The notes under the pieces were generated by a model that was not told the DNA's origin, did not search any database, and saw only the letters and a list, made by a program, of their open reading frames with translations. Shown in pieces: positions 14,258-28,965 of a DNA stretch of 64,000 nt; the first letter of the stretch is position 1; each line of letters starts with the position of its first letter. Position numbers and translations under genes: made by a program. Origin of the DNA: the human T2T-CHM13v2.0 reference genome, Homo sapiens; NCBI RefSeq assembly GCF_009914755.1, contig NC_060935.1. One strand, 5' to 3'.

Positions 14258-14900
14258 TGCAACTGAAAAACATGGAAGCTAGATTGAAGAGCGCCAACAA
14301 GCATCTAATAAAAGTTTCATAAGAAGCAAATGAAAGAAATAGTAGAGAAGCAATATATAAAGAGATAATTGTCAAGAATTATTGAAAATTGAATCAAGAT
14401 GTAAGTTTTCATATTCAAAATTATACTCTGTAGTGGGTGAGACAACTTCAAATAGATCCACATCTAGAAACATTATAGTGCAACTTCAGAACTTCAAGAA
14501 TTTAAAAAGGCCATTTAAAAAGCTACCAGAAGGAAGAGACAGGTCACAGAAAAAAAAAAAAAAAGACCAATAACAGGGTTGTCTTCACCAACAGTAGATG
14601 CCAGAAGAAAACGAAATAATATCTTCAAGGTGCTGAGGAAAAATAACAATCAATCTAGAATTTTATACCCTGCTAATCTGTTATCCAAAAGTGCAAGCAA
14701 AATAAAAGCCCTTATAGACATGAAAAGACTAAGTGAATACACCCCCATTGACCTTCATTAACATAAAGATGTCCCTGTAGTAAAAAGTAGACACAAAGGA
14801 AAAGCAAATGGATTGCAAGAAACCATGGAGGACCACAGGAAATGATAAAAAAACAAGTTGGTAAATTCAATTAAATCTTGACTATAAAAATAATACCTAT
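13800..14900 (+). mobile_element. Ancient L1M/HAL1-type ORF1 remnant (copy 1)
   Basis: 14035-14200 translates to KKNQLKIWERKVTIIEIKRSIEEINSRL (L1 ORF1p coiled coil). 14579-14761 gives SSPTVDARRKRNNIFKVLRKNNNQSRILYPANL, matching the ORF1p C-terminal ARRxWxxIFxxLKExxxQPRIxYPAKL motif. Frameshifted and decayed. Confidence 0.85.
14221..14254 (+). repeat. (AC)17 microsatellite
   Basis: Pure AC run inside the L1 ORF1 remnant; source of the HTHTHT/CVCVCV pseudo-ORFs. Confidence 0.98.
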
Positions 14901-15400
14901 ATTTTATATGCTTAAAAGAAGATAACTTTTTTTTTTTTTAAAAAGAAACTAACTTCTTTAGTGTAAACTAAACCTCTAAACAAAGATAATGAAATGGATG
15001 GGGATGTCCAATATAGCACCACATGAAAACAAGAAAAGGAAATCTCCAGGATCAGAAAAACAGTGTATTTATTACTCAGATGGCAATCAAGAAGGATGCT
15101 GTAGGATCCCATGCTGCTGGTGGTGGTGGTAAGAGAATTCAAACACAGATATATGGCATAGGGGCTGCTGGCTTGGTATTTAACACCCAAGCAGGGACTG
15201 GAGATTTAGCCTCTTGCCCATGAAAGACACAGAGCTGGAACTAAGTCTTTTGTATGTGGCTGGAAGCACTGAAGGCTGTCATCTATTTTCTTAAAAAAAA
15301 AAAAAAAATGGAAATAGAAAAACTAAACCCACAAGCTCAGGAGGCAACAGGAAAGTGTATTGTATGTCTGCAGCAATGAATGGGGAAAAAGTCCATGAGA

Positions 15401-15711
15401 GGCCAGGTGTGGTGGCTCACACCTGTAATCCCAGCACTTTGGGAGGCTGAGGTGGGTGGATCACCTGAGGTCGAGAGTTCAAGACCAGCCTGACCAATAT
15501 GGAGAAACCCTATCTCCACCAAAAAAAACCCCAAAATAGCCAGGTGTGGTGGTGCTTGCCTGTGATCCCAACTACTCAAGAGGCTGAGGCAGGAGAATCA
15601 CTTGAACCTGGGAGGCGGAGGTTTCAGTGAACTGAGATTGCGCCATTGCACTCCAGCCTGGGCAACAAGAGTGAAACTCCATCTCAAAAATAAATAAATA
15701 AATAAATAAAT
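15401..15711 (+). mobile_element. AluSp-like, full length with TSD
   Basis: Diagnostic 'tgaccaatatggagaaaccc' and 'gcaacaagagtgaaactcc'; (TAAA)n tail; TSD AGTCCATGAGA at 15390-15400 and 15712-15722. Confidence 0.95.
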
Positions 15712-16571
15712 AGTCCATGAGAAATGGAAACCTTGGGAATGGGACAGAAGCAGGTATAAAATTCGAATGTATACTACCTGTGTGAAAGGGTCCACAAGCT
15801 GAGAGAATAAGAATTGGTCTAGGGGACCCAGCAACAGCAATCATAAAACTGCTCAGAAGGAAAATTTTGACAACTATAGCACATGGGACTCTAATAAAAG
15901 CACAACCGCTGCTAAAAACAAGCTCAATAAAAATTTACAAATGACACAAGGAAATAAGACACCACAAGGAAGAATCAGCAGAAATAAGATGGTTCAAATA
16001 TTTCTGACACTAGTTTCAAAAGAAGAGAAAAGAAAGAATGGGAGAAGGCATATTAGAAGAGAAAATGCCTAAGAATTTTCCGTAACTGAAGGAAGAGTTG
16101 AGTCTTCAAATTGATTAAATCCCTTAAATCATGAGAGGGATAAAGAAAACAAATTCATACTACACACATTATGAGAAAACTTCAAAACATCAAATAAAAG
16201 ACAAAAGCAACTAGGGGCAACAGAATGCCAAAAAAGCAAAACAGTTGGGCTGGCAGCAGACTTCTCAGCAGCAAAATTGATTCCAGAAGACAGTGGAATA
16301 ACATCCATGAAGTACCAAAAGAAAATAACAGGTAATTTATAATTTATTTGAAGAAAAGGCAAGATAAACATGAGAAAAATCCAGAGAGTTTACTATTCAA
16401 AGTTCTCTGTAAATTAAAAGATAAGGGGTGTACCTTACTAAGAAGGAAATTGAAACCAAAAGGAATGATGAACAAATAAATTAGAAAACACATTTCATTA
16501 ATCTAAATAAGCATTGACTACAAAAAAGACATTTTTTGAAAGAGTTAAAAGCAGTGTAAAGCAGAAATATT

Positions 16572-16981
<410 letters not shown>

Positions 16982-17713
16982 TAAAGATATTGATTAAATT
17001 TAGACTTTTAAAAAGGTTGTAACACCCAAAGCTGTAGAGAGAAGAAAAAAGGTAATAAAAAAACCCAATAAATCCAATTGAATGTAGGAAAGGGGAAGAA
17101 ACAGAAAAATACATGGTAAAAATTTTAAAAGGTGGTATTAAAAACTCCAATTTTATCAGTAATCACAATAAATTTAAATGACTTAGACCCATTTGTTCGG
17201 AGATATTCCCAGATAAGATTTTTAAAATCCAGTTATAAGTTGTTTATAACTGACCTAATAGTTAAAACATAATTATACAAAAAGCTTAAAAGTAGAAGGA
17301 TAGGGAAAGATCATAAATACTAATAATCAAAGGAAATGAGATATAGTGACATTAATAGCAACCAGAAGAGATGTCATGGTTTTAAAAAACTTGAGATTTA
17401 AAGAGGGTGACTGTTCACTGACAAGAAGAACAATTGAATAGAAATCTATAGTGAAGCTGAACCTGATTGCTCATAATACTATAACCTCCTTAAAGATGAC
17501 AGGATTATCAGGGAAAATTGACAGAGGATATTAAGCAAAATACATAGCAAAATTGACAGACTTGTGGGAGAAACTGACAAACCTACATTTGTAATGAGAA
17601 ATTTTAACACTCCTTTTCCAGAAATTGATGAAACAGATAAAATTATTAACATTTGTTTGATGTCCATATATAAAATCTTGTTTCCAATAATTAAAGAGTA
17701 CACTTCGTTTTCA

Positions 17714-18203
<490 letters not shown>

Positions 18204-18464
18204 TAAAAACTGACTATATAATAGGACACAAAGGAAGCGTTAACAGATAATAAAAATTTGATATATTAGTGACAGATTCTATGACTTCAGTGCAATAAAG
18301 TTATAAAACAATTTAAAAAATTGGGTCCAAAGCACCTCACTTATTTTCTTTATTGTAGTGAACTATATAATATGTATAAAAGAATATGTTAATACACAGA
18401 ATTTAAAGAAATATACCGTAAACATCTATGTAACTGTCACCCAGATTAGAAAACAGTACATTTT

Positions 18465-18774
<310 letters not shown>

Positions 18775-18878
18775 CTCAGTACATTTCCAGGATCTCAGAA
18801 ACCTTATGTATACCCCTTTCCAGCTGTATTCTCTTCCTGTTCCCTAGGAAGAGGTATCCACCACTCTGACTCTTAGGG

Positions 18879-19100
18879 CAGAGGTCCCCAACCCCTAGGC
18901 CATGGTCCAGTACCAGTCTGTGGTCTGTTAGGAACCAGGCCGCACGGCAGGAGGTGAGCGGTGGGCCAGTGAGCATTACTGCCAGTGAGCTCTGCCTCCT
19001 GTCAGATCAGCGCGGCATTAGAGTCTCACGGGATCTCGAACCCTATTGTGGACTGTGCATGTGAGGGATCTAGGTTGCAAACTTCTATGAGAATCTAATC
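18879..19100 (+). mobile_element. MER1B (hAT-Charlie), right end deleted
   Basis: Starts CAGAGGTCCCCAACCCC; collinear with the complete copy at 33216-33561 up to 'gagaatctaat'. Confidence 0.9.
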
Positions 19101-19249
19101 ATCCCTCGCCCTATCTTTAGGGTACTCATTTTTGTGCTTTGTTCTTACTGTTTTACCACTTGTGTATGTGTTCCTAAACAGTGTTGATGAGTTTTGACTG
19201 TTTTTCATCTTTATGTTAATGGAATCGTATTTTCTATCCTCTGCCTGGT

Positions 19250-19500
19250 GTCTGGTCATGTGCTGGGTACAGAGAATATAGAGTTGAATTAGACAGGAGT
19301 CCTCCCATCAAAATGATCATATTTGGTTGCAGAAATGGTAATTGCCACAGTAGGAATTAAGCTGTGGAGTAGGGGTATCACATCACAATCATGTTGTTGA
19401 AAAAGAGACTTCTTAAAGGAGTTGAGAGTTGAAATGAATTTTAAAATGATTTGACTTATTTTCCAATAAGACAAGGGAGATGAGAATTGCCATCAGTGTG
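19250..19500 (-). mobile_element. L2 fragment
   Basis: 'tgtgctgggtacagagaatatagagttgaattagacaggagtcctccc' matches the antisense L2 3' region. Confidence 0.55.
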
Positions 19501-19529
19501 AACATCAACTGTAGATCAATTCAGCCTTG

Positions 19530-20170
<641 letters not shown>

Positions 20171-20174
20171 GTAT

Positions 20175-20660
20175 GAGAGGTCACTTAGCATTTGAGAAAC
20201 CACAGGCTCTTTGGTGTGACTGGGGAGTGGGCTGAAGGGGGACATGATCAGAAAAGAAGTAGGCTGGGGAGGTGACAGAGATGCAGAATGCGTGGACAAC
20301 CAAGTTTTATTTTATGCTGAACATAACAGAGGCTTTACAGTGATTGGAGAGATTGAAGCAGAGGGTGACAAATTCAAATGCTCATTTTAGGAGGCTCCCT
20401 CTGGGGCCTGCAGGAGAGAGGGCTGGAGTGCTAAGACTGTTACAATAATCCTGGTGAGGAGGCTGAAATGAGATAGCAGGAAGGGAAGCCTTGTGGGGCA
20501 GGGATCAGGGCATGATCAGGTAGGAAACTAAGAAAGAAGTCGACACCATAGATGGGGGTAATGAAGGACGGCATGATGAAGGGAGAAGAGTCAAGCAACA
20601 GTCACGTTTCACATCTGAGTTTCAGGTGAGGATGTGCATCACCAAGACGAGGAGCCTGAG
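20175..20660 (-). mobile_element. L2 fragment
   Basis: 'gagattgaagcagagggtgacaaattcaaatgctcattttaggaggctccctctggg...gactgttacaataatcctggtgag'. Confidence 0.6.
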
Positions 20661-21199
20661 TCTGATGGGCCTATTCTGTGGTGGCTGTGGCTTTGCTCTC
20701 TCCCCAGCTTCTAGCCTCGTGTTAGAAACGCATGAGGTTCTTGGTAAACCCTTATGGGTAGACTAACCGGGAATTGAATTGAAATGCAGATTCTAAGTGT
20801 GGCTTATGCTTCAAGCTGCAGGTCTCCTTGAGGACCCATTGCCAAGGCCTCGACAGCCCCATTGAAGAGGGCTGGGACTGAGCCTGTGTGTGTGTGTCTG
20901 TCTATGTGTCTGTTCCTATCTCTTTGTTTGAATGGGATGATTTTTCGCATACACCCCCTGACCTCCCTATCCTTGACAGCCAGGTTCCCAAGCCCAGGCA
21001 TCCTACTGGCCAGGACCAGATAGGCTGTTCCTCCCAATACCTACTCTGGCATGGGGGTGTATCCCAAGACATTCTCCTCCTCTAGTTCCTCCCTTCCCAC
21101 CCCTGCCAAACCTTCCAGAGGAAATCCTGGAAAGACTAGAGTGACAGAATGCATATCCCTACTCTCGCTAGAGACTAGGCTTCAGAGGGACCTGGCCAT

Positions 21200-21350
21200 A
21201 GACAGGTGCTGCACCCTGCTGTGTGTCAGGTGCTCTGCAATGCCTTCTCTCCACTCACACTCACAACACTCTACGAGGCTAATAGTAGCACTACCCCCAA
21301 TTGACAGGTGAGGACCTGAAGCCCAGAGAGGCAAACTGCATTGCCTGAAG
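21200..21350 (-). mobile_element. MIR SINE
   Basis: 'cccaattgacaggtgaggacctgaagcccagagagg...ttgcctgaag'. Confidence 0.65.
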
Positions 21351-23284
21351 CCCCTAATTGGTAATTATGGGATCTAAGTGCAAGTCTAATCAGAAGGTTG
21401 TGGGCTTCAGCCTCCCTGGGACTGTTGTCAGGAGGCAGGCAGCTGGAAGTGGTAGGGTCCCAGGCTCTTTAGAGAAGAAGCTGGGCTCCAGAAGGGGTAG
21501 ACCAGAAGCCCAGCTTTCCTGGACCCACACCAGCCCCTCCCTGTTGGGTCTGGGTTTCTGGGGGCCCACGCAGCTGATGGTGATAGGCCAGAGAGGGTTG
21601 GTGGAGATGGGGGGAAGGGCTGGAGGTGTGGGTGGCTGGGGGTGGGTTAATGCTGCTGCCTTATGAAGGACATTTTTCAACTGAGCCGGTAACTGGAGGC
21701 CCTGTGAGTGTGTTCTGTCTCAGCAACTCCACAATCAGAGGATATGAACTGGCTGTGAGAAAGACATCAGGGGCTGGCTATTCCCAAACTCTTAGAAGGC
21801 ACAGAGCTAGATTTAATAAAAGGAGAAAATGGAACATTCTCATTAGCACCAGATTTTCCATTTAATTTGGACTTTTACAAAATAAGTAGCCTAATTACTG
21901 CCATGATTTGAGCTTCTCAATAGGTTTTTCCTCTAAGAAGCTGCAGACGCCACACAAGCCCCATTCTCCAGGGCTCGCCCTTGTGCCACAGACCCTCACC
22001 GCCCCTGCTTCTCTGGAAGCAGAAAGGCTTCTGAGGCCTGAGCGGGGAGGCAGGGCAAGGCACGGGAGGAGCGCAGGTGTGCTGGCTCAGCTGACCTCTC
22101 AGGGCCCTCCCTGCCCCTGCTGGGCCCCCAGCTCTCAGCAGCCAGTGGGGAAGATGCTATTCCGGAGCCTGCACGCCTCAGCACTGGCCTAGCCTGTGTC
22201 TGAGCCCTGGCCCGAGTCTTGCCTGAGTCTCAGCACAGGGCCTAGGAGGTTGCTGAACTAAGGTGAGGTGACAGTACCTTCACCCCAGGGCTCTGTTCTT
22301 GGCCTATAGAAATGACTGTAGCCCTGCAGTGTCAGCACACAAACCATTTACACCGACCTCCCAGCACTAGAGAGGCTGAAGAGCAGGACTGACGCAGCCC
22401 CAGCCTGGGGCTCCAGCTCCCTTCTGGACCCTCAAGGGCACTTGCTGTCCCCATTAGGATCAAACCTGGGTGCCTCAGGCTGGAGTGACCTCCTTCATCT
22501 CTTTTCATACCTCCCCCATATCCCCCACATCCCCCTCCCTATTCTCCACCTTGGCCTTTGGCTTTTTCCTCTTCCTTCTGCGCTTGAAGAGAATCCGGGA
22601 TTAAAGAAACGGAGCAAGAAATTGCCAAGAACTAGCCTCGCAGACAATCAGATAGAGGGATGGAGGGCAGGGGCCCTTCCCCCAAGAGGAGCCTGGGCCG
22701 TCCAGCCTGATGGGGCCTGGGAGACACGGGGTGTGCTGGCGGGCAGGGGCCATGTCCCGGGTGTGCACAGTGCTGGAAACATCCTCCTCAGCCATGACCT
22801 AAACCCAAGTCCTCTTTTGTCCCAGAGAATCAGTCCCAGCAAAGGTCTCACTGCTGGGCCCTTGCCCTAGGTACACTCTTCTACCCCATCCGTCCCCTGC
22901 CAAGGAAAGCAAACCCCTCTCTGGCCCCTCTCCAAACCAAGCCCTGCTGGCCCAACACCCCCAAGGGCTCCAGGCCCTGCCGCAGCCTCAGTCCCCTAGT
23001 TTTTCCCCCACTTCTCCAAGGAAGAAAGAGGTAACCCCAAGCCCCTTATGGAAGAGTAGTTGGAGGGATGTGAGGAGGCACCAAGAGAGATGTTATTACT
23101 AGGATTTTGGTAAAATAAGGTGAGATGTTTTCCTGGGGAGCTGTGAGGTCCCTCTGACCTGGAGGAGGCTCTTATTATATCGGCAATTTCTTGAGCCAGC
23201 CCCTTCGCAGGGGTCAAGGAGGACACAGAGGAGAGTCAGGTGCAGTCTCTGTTCTCATGGAGGGCTCAGGTTAGTGGGAAAGAA

Positions 23285-23400
23285 GTAGGTGATGTTCTCC
23301 CCATTTGTAGATGAAGACCAGAGCCTCAGAGATGTTGGGTGACATGCCCAAAGTCATCCAGCTGGGAAGTAGGAGAGCTGGGATTCATTCGTACTTCAGG
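23285..23400 (-). mobile_element. MIR SINE
   Basis: 'cccatttgtagatgaagaccagagcctcagagatgttgggtgacatgcccaaagtcatccagctgggaag'. Confidence 0.7.
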
Positions 23401-23434
23401 GCAGGGCCTATGTCTATTTGCTTTTCATCACCGT

Positions 23435-23610
23435 AGTGTCCAATATACATACAGCAGAGCGTGCGAGTCGATGGCTTGTTATGTATGTGCTCACCCATGG
23501 AATCACCACCCAGATCAAGGTCTCGGTCACTTCAAGCATTCCAGAAGGCTCCTTTATGCCCCCTCCAAGTCAGTACACCCCCACAGAGTTCCTCTCTATT
23601 CTGCAAATCC
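23435..23610 (-). mobile_element. L1M 3' end fragment
   Basis: 'cacccatggaatcaccacccagatcaagg...agcattccagaaggctcctttatgccccctccaagtca'. Confidence 0.6.
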
Positions 23611-25411
23611 TGGCACGTTTTTTGTGGGGTGAGGGGTGACATTTCTTGGCCCAGGTGACTCCCTGCTGATGCTGTAACTCAGCTGTCCTGCAAAGATGGC
23701 ATGGCCCAGCACCCAGCTGGCACACAACAAGAAACCCTGGCACTCTGGAGGGTGAAGAGAGGTGCTGTGGATAATGCCGGGACCACAAGGGTTAACAGGG
23801 GCTGTCCCAGCCTCACCTTCTCAACCCGGCCCTGGTGAGCCAAAGTTTTTGGTGGGAGGTGGCAGGGGCAGTGTGCTCATCTGTGGTAGCACAGACCTGG
23901 TCCTCCAGCCTCTTCTAGTGACCTCCCAGTCTCAGGACTCACCCAGGAGAGTGGTGGTAAGGGAGCTAATGCTCTCTGGGGTCTAGAACAGGCTTCCTTT
24001 GCCCCTGGTTTCAGGCTGTGCTTTCCTTAAGAGAGGACTTCAGAGGCAGCTAGAGGAGCCTCCATGTCTGCCATCCATAGACAATGGAGACTTAGGAAGC
24101 AGCACCCCATACCCCTGTCCAGCCAACTGCCCCAAGAGGCCTTCCCAAGCCTATGGGCCCCAGACCCCTAGCACCACAGCCAAGACCCTCACCTGCTCCA
24201 CCCCACCCCGCCCCATCTGCATCCACGGGCCAGTGGGGGACCATTCAGTGAGATCCTCCCTGTCCTACGGCCTTGGCCGTGACCCCAGCTTGGCCTCTTT
24301 GTCTCTCAGCCAGGCCAGCCAGTTCAGCGTTAAAGCTGCTGGAGCATCCAAGGAGACATAAAGAAAGTTTAGAGACTTTTAATTTGCCAGCACGGCTCTC
24401 CGCTGGCCAGCAGGTTGAGCGTTTGTGGAGAAGGGCAGCCGCAATAAAGGCTTATTGTTCCTCTCTGAACCACTGCTCGTGACTCCTTTCTTAAGTGAGA
24501 CAAAGGGAACCCAAGGCCCACAGGTGTCCCCAGGCCCAGAAAGCGGGGCCCACAATTAGCTAAAGTCCCCCAGGGTCAGGCTCTGGGGGTGGGGGCCCAA
24601 CTCAGCCCCTGTCTAGGCTGTACTCACAGGAGAGCACAAGCCTGGGACATTGTCGGCAGGGAAATACTCTCCAGTGGGGACCCCAGGGCACCAGGAGACA
24701 GGACTCCCACAGGGAGGGGGCCAGAGCCCCCTGCAGAAGCACCACACGGAAGAGCAGCTGCAGGGGAGCCGCGGGGATGGGCCTCGTGGTCAGGGTCCTC
24801 CCTGGGTGCAGTGGGGGTGTCCCGGGAAAGGCTTCCAACAGCCAGAGAGGCATCTCTGGAGGGAGAGAGTTCCCCACCACAGGGAGCATGTGAGCTGGGA
24901 GGGCACCCAGAGGGAAGGTGGGGCTCCAGCTGAGCAGGTCACTTCCAGTGCCCAAAAGGCCAGACTTAGGAAGCCCAATCAGACCCTCTTGGCTGGGCAG
25001 AGAAAAGGCAGAGCACAGGAATGTGGTGACCCCCACAGAGACACCCTGTCACTGAGGCAGCCACTGGGAGCCAGGTAGCCACACCCCTGGGGAGAGGTGG
25101 CACCATGTCCCATAGCATGCCTTGCTGGGACCACCCAGAATCACATCCCATAGGCAGCACTGCTCAGAGTCTCGGAAAGGAGGCTGCACAGTTTGTCTGT
25201 CCCATCCTTCACTCACCCACCATGAGGCTCAAGACCTGAGAAATACATCGTGGCAGATGGTGATGATGGGAACATCCTTTCTCATTCCCCACTGTGCCCT
25301 CCAGAGACCCTCTACTTTGCTGCCCAGGACACTAATGGCTTTGGAGACATTATGTGGTTTGTGAGTTCCTGAAATAGTCGCATTTCAGGCCATGAGGCTG
25401 CTGGCAGGGAG

Positions 25412-25570
25412 TAGGGCCATCATGTACAGCTGTGTAGGTTGTGCACTACACAAGGGGGCAAATGAAGAATGGAATCCAGACTTTGTTCTCACCAGTCCCT
25501 GGGCACACATGGTCTGCCCCTGCCTGGAGGAAGGGGCACCTTTTTCTAACATACACAGAGGCATTGTATG
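25412..25570 (+). mobile_element. MER91A-like (hAT-Tip100)
   Basis: 'tagggccatcatgtacagctgtgtaggttgtgcactacacaagggggc ... gaaggggcacctttttctaacatacacagaggcattgtatg'. Confidence 0.7.
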
Positions 25571-25649
25571 TATATTACTGTGTAATATAGATGTAAATAT
25601 ATTACATACAATGCTGCTGTATTTGATACACTGTAATACACAGAGGAAC

Positions 25650-25704
25650 TGTGTGTGTGTGTGTGTGTGTGTTTGTGTGTGTTTGTGTGTGTGTGTGTGT
25701 GTGT
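25650..25704 (+). repeat. Interrupted (TG)n microsatellite
   Basis: ~55 bp TG run with two TT interruptions. Confidence 0.97.
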
Positions 25705-26599
25705 ACTGTAATACAGAGGCACCGAAAGGACTAGTGGAGGCCCGGAAGAGAGGGGGACATTTTTAGCTAAGAGGCAGCCACCTCTCCCATGAAGACTGGC
25801 CTTGCCACAGTTTGGCTCTAGCTTCTCTAGGGCACTCTGACCAAGGGTCACATTTCTGAAGCTTTTGTGACAGACCCAGTTCTGGTTGGCTTCCTGCCCC
25901 TCCATCCCTCGCATGTGGGGCCTTCCCTGGGGTTGGCAGCAAGAGCAGGTGTCTGAGATTGTGATGTCTGCACACAAGGCTACAGCCCCAGTTGCACCTG
26001 GAGCTGCTACTTCAGCCCTCCAACCTCCTGGAGCCTCTCTGCCTTAGGTAATTGGATTGGGGAAAGGGAGTATTATTTACTAGTCATATGGATCTATTCC
26101 TCTCAGCGCCCCCCCACCACTACCTTCCCTTTTCTCTGCCTTGCCAAAGAACAAAGATTGGGGATGAAATAAATTTGATAATAACCAATAAGGACCCCCA
26201 GAGAAAATAAAACAGCTTTTATTAAACTTCTTCCAAGACCTTTTGTGCTGAGCCTCTGCAGGCTGTCTCGGAGACTTGCAAGGCTTGGCTCCTTTCCCAG
26301 CCATCTAGAGGAGCCCCAGGTGTGGCCCTCACGGCCATCCCTGCAAACACCAGCAATAACTCGGGGCCTCGTCCTTCCCATCACTGTTCTGAGTCAACTC
26401 CTATTTGAAAGGCAGTTAGGGCCACAGAATCGCCTTTCAGCTGTGTGTTGCCCGGCTCTGAGGTTTTGCTAGAGTGGCCTTCCTCAGCCAGGCCACGGCT
26501 CCGGGTGGCCAGTGCTGACGGGTCCACAGCTCCAGAAGCCACCGAGTAGAGGCTCGGGGCCTGCTGCCATCCATCCCTGGAGTCATCTCTCCAGGTTGA

Positions 26600-27430
26600 G
26601 TACGGCACGATTTAATGCTCCCATCCCTCCATTCCTGCTCTGCATGACAAATTGTTTTAATAAACATAAACCGGGTAATAATAAAGTCATAATAAGCCCG
26701 CGACTCACCTTATATCACTGCAGTTAAATCCTCCCATAAGCCGGCACTGGTTACAATGACAATTACGGCCGGGCCAATCCGCAGGCAGGCCTGCGTGCGG
26801 ACAGATTTAATATCGTTTGTAAATATGATTAGTGGGCTGTCATGTTATTGCAGGCTGCTATTTACATTTCTCTCCGGGGTTATACACTCCGCCAAATCAA
26901 CATTAAGTAGTGGGTCTCTCTTTCCTCCTTAAATCATACATTCCTTCTGCCTGCGCCAATCCCGCTTAATGAAGAAAGGGAACCTGACGGCAGGCGCTGG
27001 GCAGAACGGAGCCTGGCCTCGGCATTTTTCTGAAGACAGATGGGCACGGGAAGCCCCAAGAAAGCTCTGCCCAGAAACTCCAGTGGGTACACGGGCCCTG
27101 TCTGCTGCAGCCCCCTCCCTCCCACCCGCTGCCCCGTCCCTCTCCCTGCCTGCTCGCTTATGAAAAATGTTCAAATAATGAATGGTTGTTGTTTACAGAA
27201 GCAATTTCATGCTACATTTCCATTATTGCCCGGATTTGTTTAGCTTCCCACCCTACCCCATTGCCTACGATGAACTTTTAAGGAAATATTGCTGGCGCTT
27301 CCCGCTCTGCCGTTCTGCTTCTAAGAGAAGCCGCTTGCATTTGAGACATATTGTGACACTTCATAACTGTGTGCAAATAAGCATCCCTAAACTGCTGGTG
27401 TCAATTAATCATTGTTGCAAAGGCTGATCT
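26600..27430. promoter_or_regulatory. Candidate conserved non-coding element / enhancer
   Basis: Repeat-free; AT-rich blocks with retained CpGs and many TAAT/TGACA/SOX/FOX motifs. Confidence 0.55.
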
Positions 27431-28228
27431 GCTTTAGGTGCACCAGAATCCACTCCCTGGGGAGCCAGGGTGGGTGAGAAACAGCAGAAAATCTGGTGTG
27501 GAGGGTGCAGGGGACAGGGGAGAGCAGAACCACGATTCTGCTTTCCAGATCAGCTAAACCACTGGAGACAACACGGCTGTGTTCCTCTCGTCTTCAAAAT
27601 AGGTTCGTGTGGGCCCATAGGCCAGAGTGTACAGAATGGCTGGGGTGAGGAGCCACTTGAAAGAACTGAATAAAAAATGAATACCATATGCCTCCCATGC
27701 TTCCTAAAGAGAGCACTCTAGACAGGATTTAATCTTCTTGTGATAGCCAAGGTCGCCGCTGTGTTTGGAGATATAATATATTGACGCACTTTGAGGCTAT
27801 CATGGCTGCAGAATGCCCCAGCACCGCGTTTCCTGAGCTCTGTGGTTGGATGCGTGCTGTGTCTCTGTCCCTTCTCTTAATGTCAGGCTATAGTTGGGGT
27901 GTCTGTCCACAGCACCCTCACTTCCTCATGCTATTCCTAATCTTTAGGGAGCTGGAGACCAGGAAATCAACTTTGGAGCACGAAGACTAGAAAACCAAAC
28001 CTTACAAATGTTTTGAGAAAGAAGATGAAATAGACTCTGAGAGCATGGGAACTGTCCGCAAAGTAAGATCAGAGCCTTTTGCTTCCTGCCTGATTCTCAG
28101 TTGAGTTGGAGCTAGGAGAGGGACCAGATAGAGGCTATGAGAAGCTATATCCTTAGGCAGAACTGTGTTTGTTCATTCACTCAACAAACACTTTGTACGT
28201 TAGGCACCTACTATATACTAGGCACTGT

Positions 28229-28911
28229 TGTAACCACCCAAGGGGTTCACCTTGCCTACTACCTAGCCAGAGCCGATTCATCAAGACAGGGAAATTGCAA
28301 TAGAGAAAGAGTAATTCACGCAGAGCCGGCTGAGTGGGAGACCAGAGTTTTATTATTACTCAAATCAGTCTCCCCAAGCATTATGGGATCAGAGTTTTTA
28401 AGGACAACTTGGTGGGTGGGGGGAAGCCAAAGAGCCGGGAGTGCTGATTGGTTATGCAGGAGATGAAATCACGGGAAGTTGAAGTTGTCCTCTTGCACTG
28501 ACTCAGTTCCTGGATGGGGGCCACAAGTTTATCCATCTGGATGGTGCCAGCTGATCCATCAAGTGCAGGTCTGCAAAATATCTCAAGCACTGATCTTAGA
28601 AGCCATTTAGGGAGGGTCAGAATCTTGTAGCTTCCAGTTTCATGACTCCTAAACCATAATTTCTAATCTTGTGGCTAATTTGTTAGTCCTACAAAGGCAG
28701 TCTAGTCCCAGGCAAGAAGGAGGTTTATTTTGGGAAAGAGCTGTTATCATCTTTGTTTTAAACAATAAACTGTAAACTAAGTTCCTCCCAAAGTTAGATT
28801 GGCTTACGCCCAGGAAGGAACAAGGACAGCTAAAAGGTTAGAACCAAGATGGAGTCGGTTAGGTCACATCTCTTTTGCTGCCTCAGTCATAATTTTGCAA
28901 AGGCGTTTTCA
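28229..28911 (-). mobile_element. LTR8 solo LTR (ERV1)
   Basis: TG...CA termini. The reverse complement begins TGAAAACGCCTTTGCAAAATTATGACTGAG and ends GTGAACCCCTTGGGTGGTTACA, as in LTR8. Exact 4-bp TSD CTGT (28225-28228, 28912-28915). Confidence 0.92.
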
Positions 28912-28965
28912 CTGTGGATCAAGTTCCCTGTTCTCATGGAGTTTACACTTTAATGAAAGACGGCG

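Noticed and set aside
14035-14761. ORFs resembling a coiled-coil or transposase protein
   Set aside because: Frameshifted fragments of L1 ORF1p with a microsatellite inside; not a functional gene.
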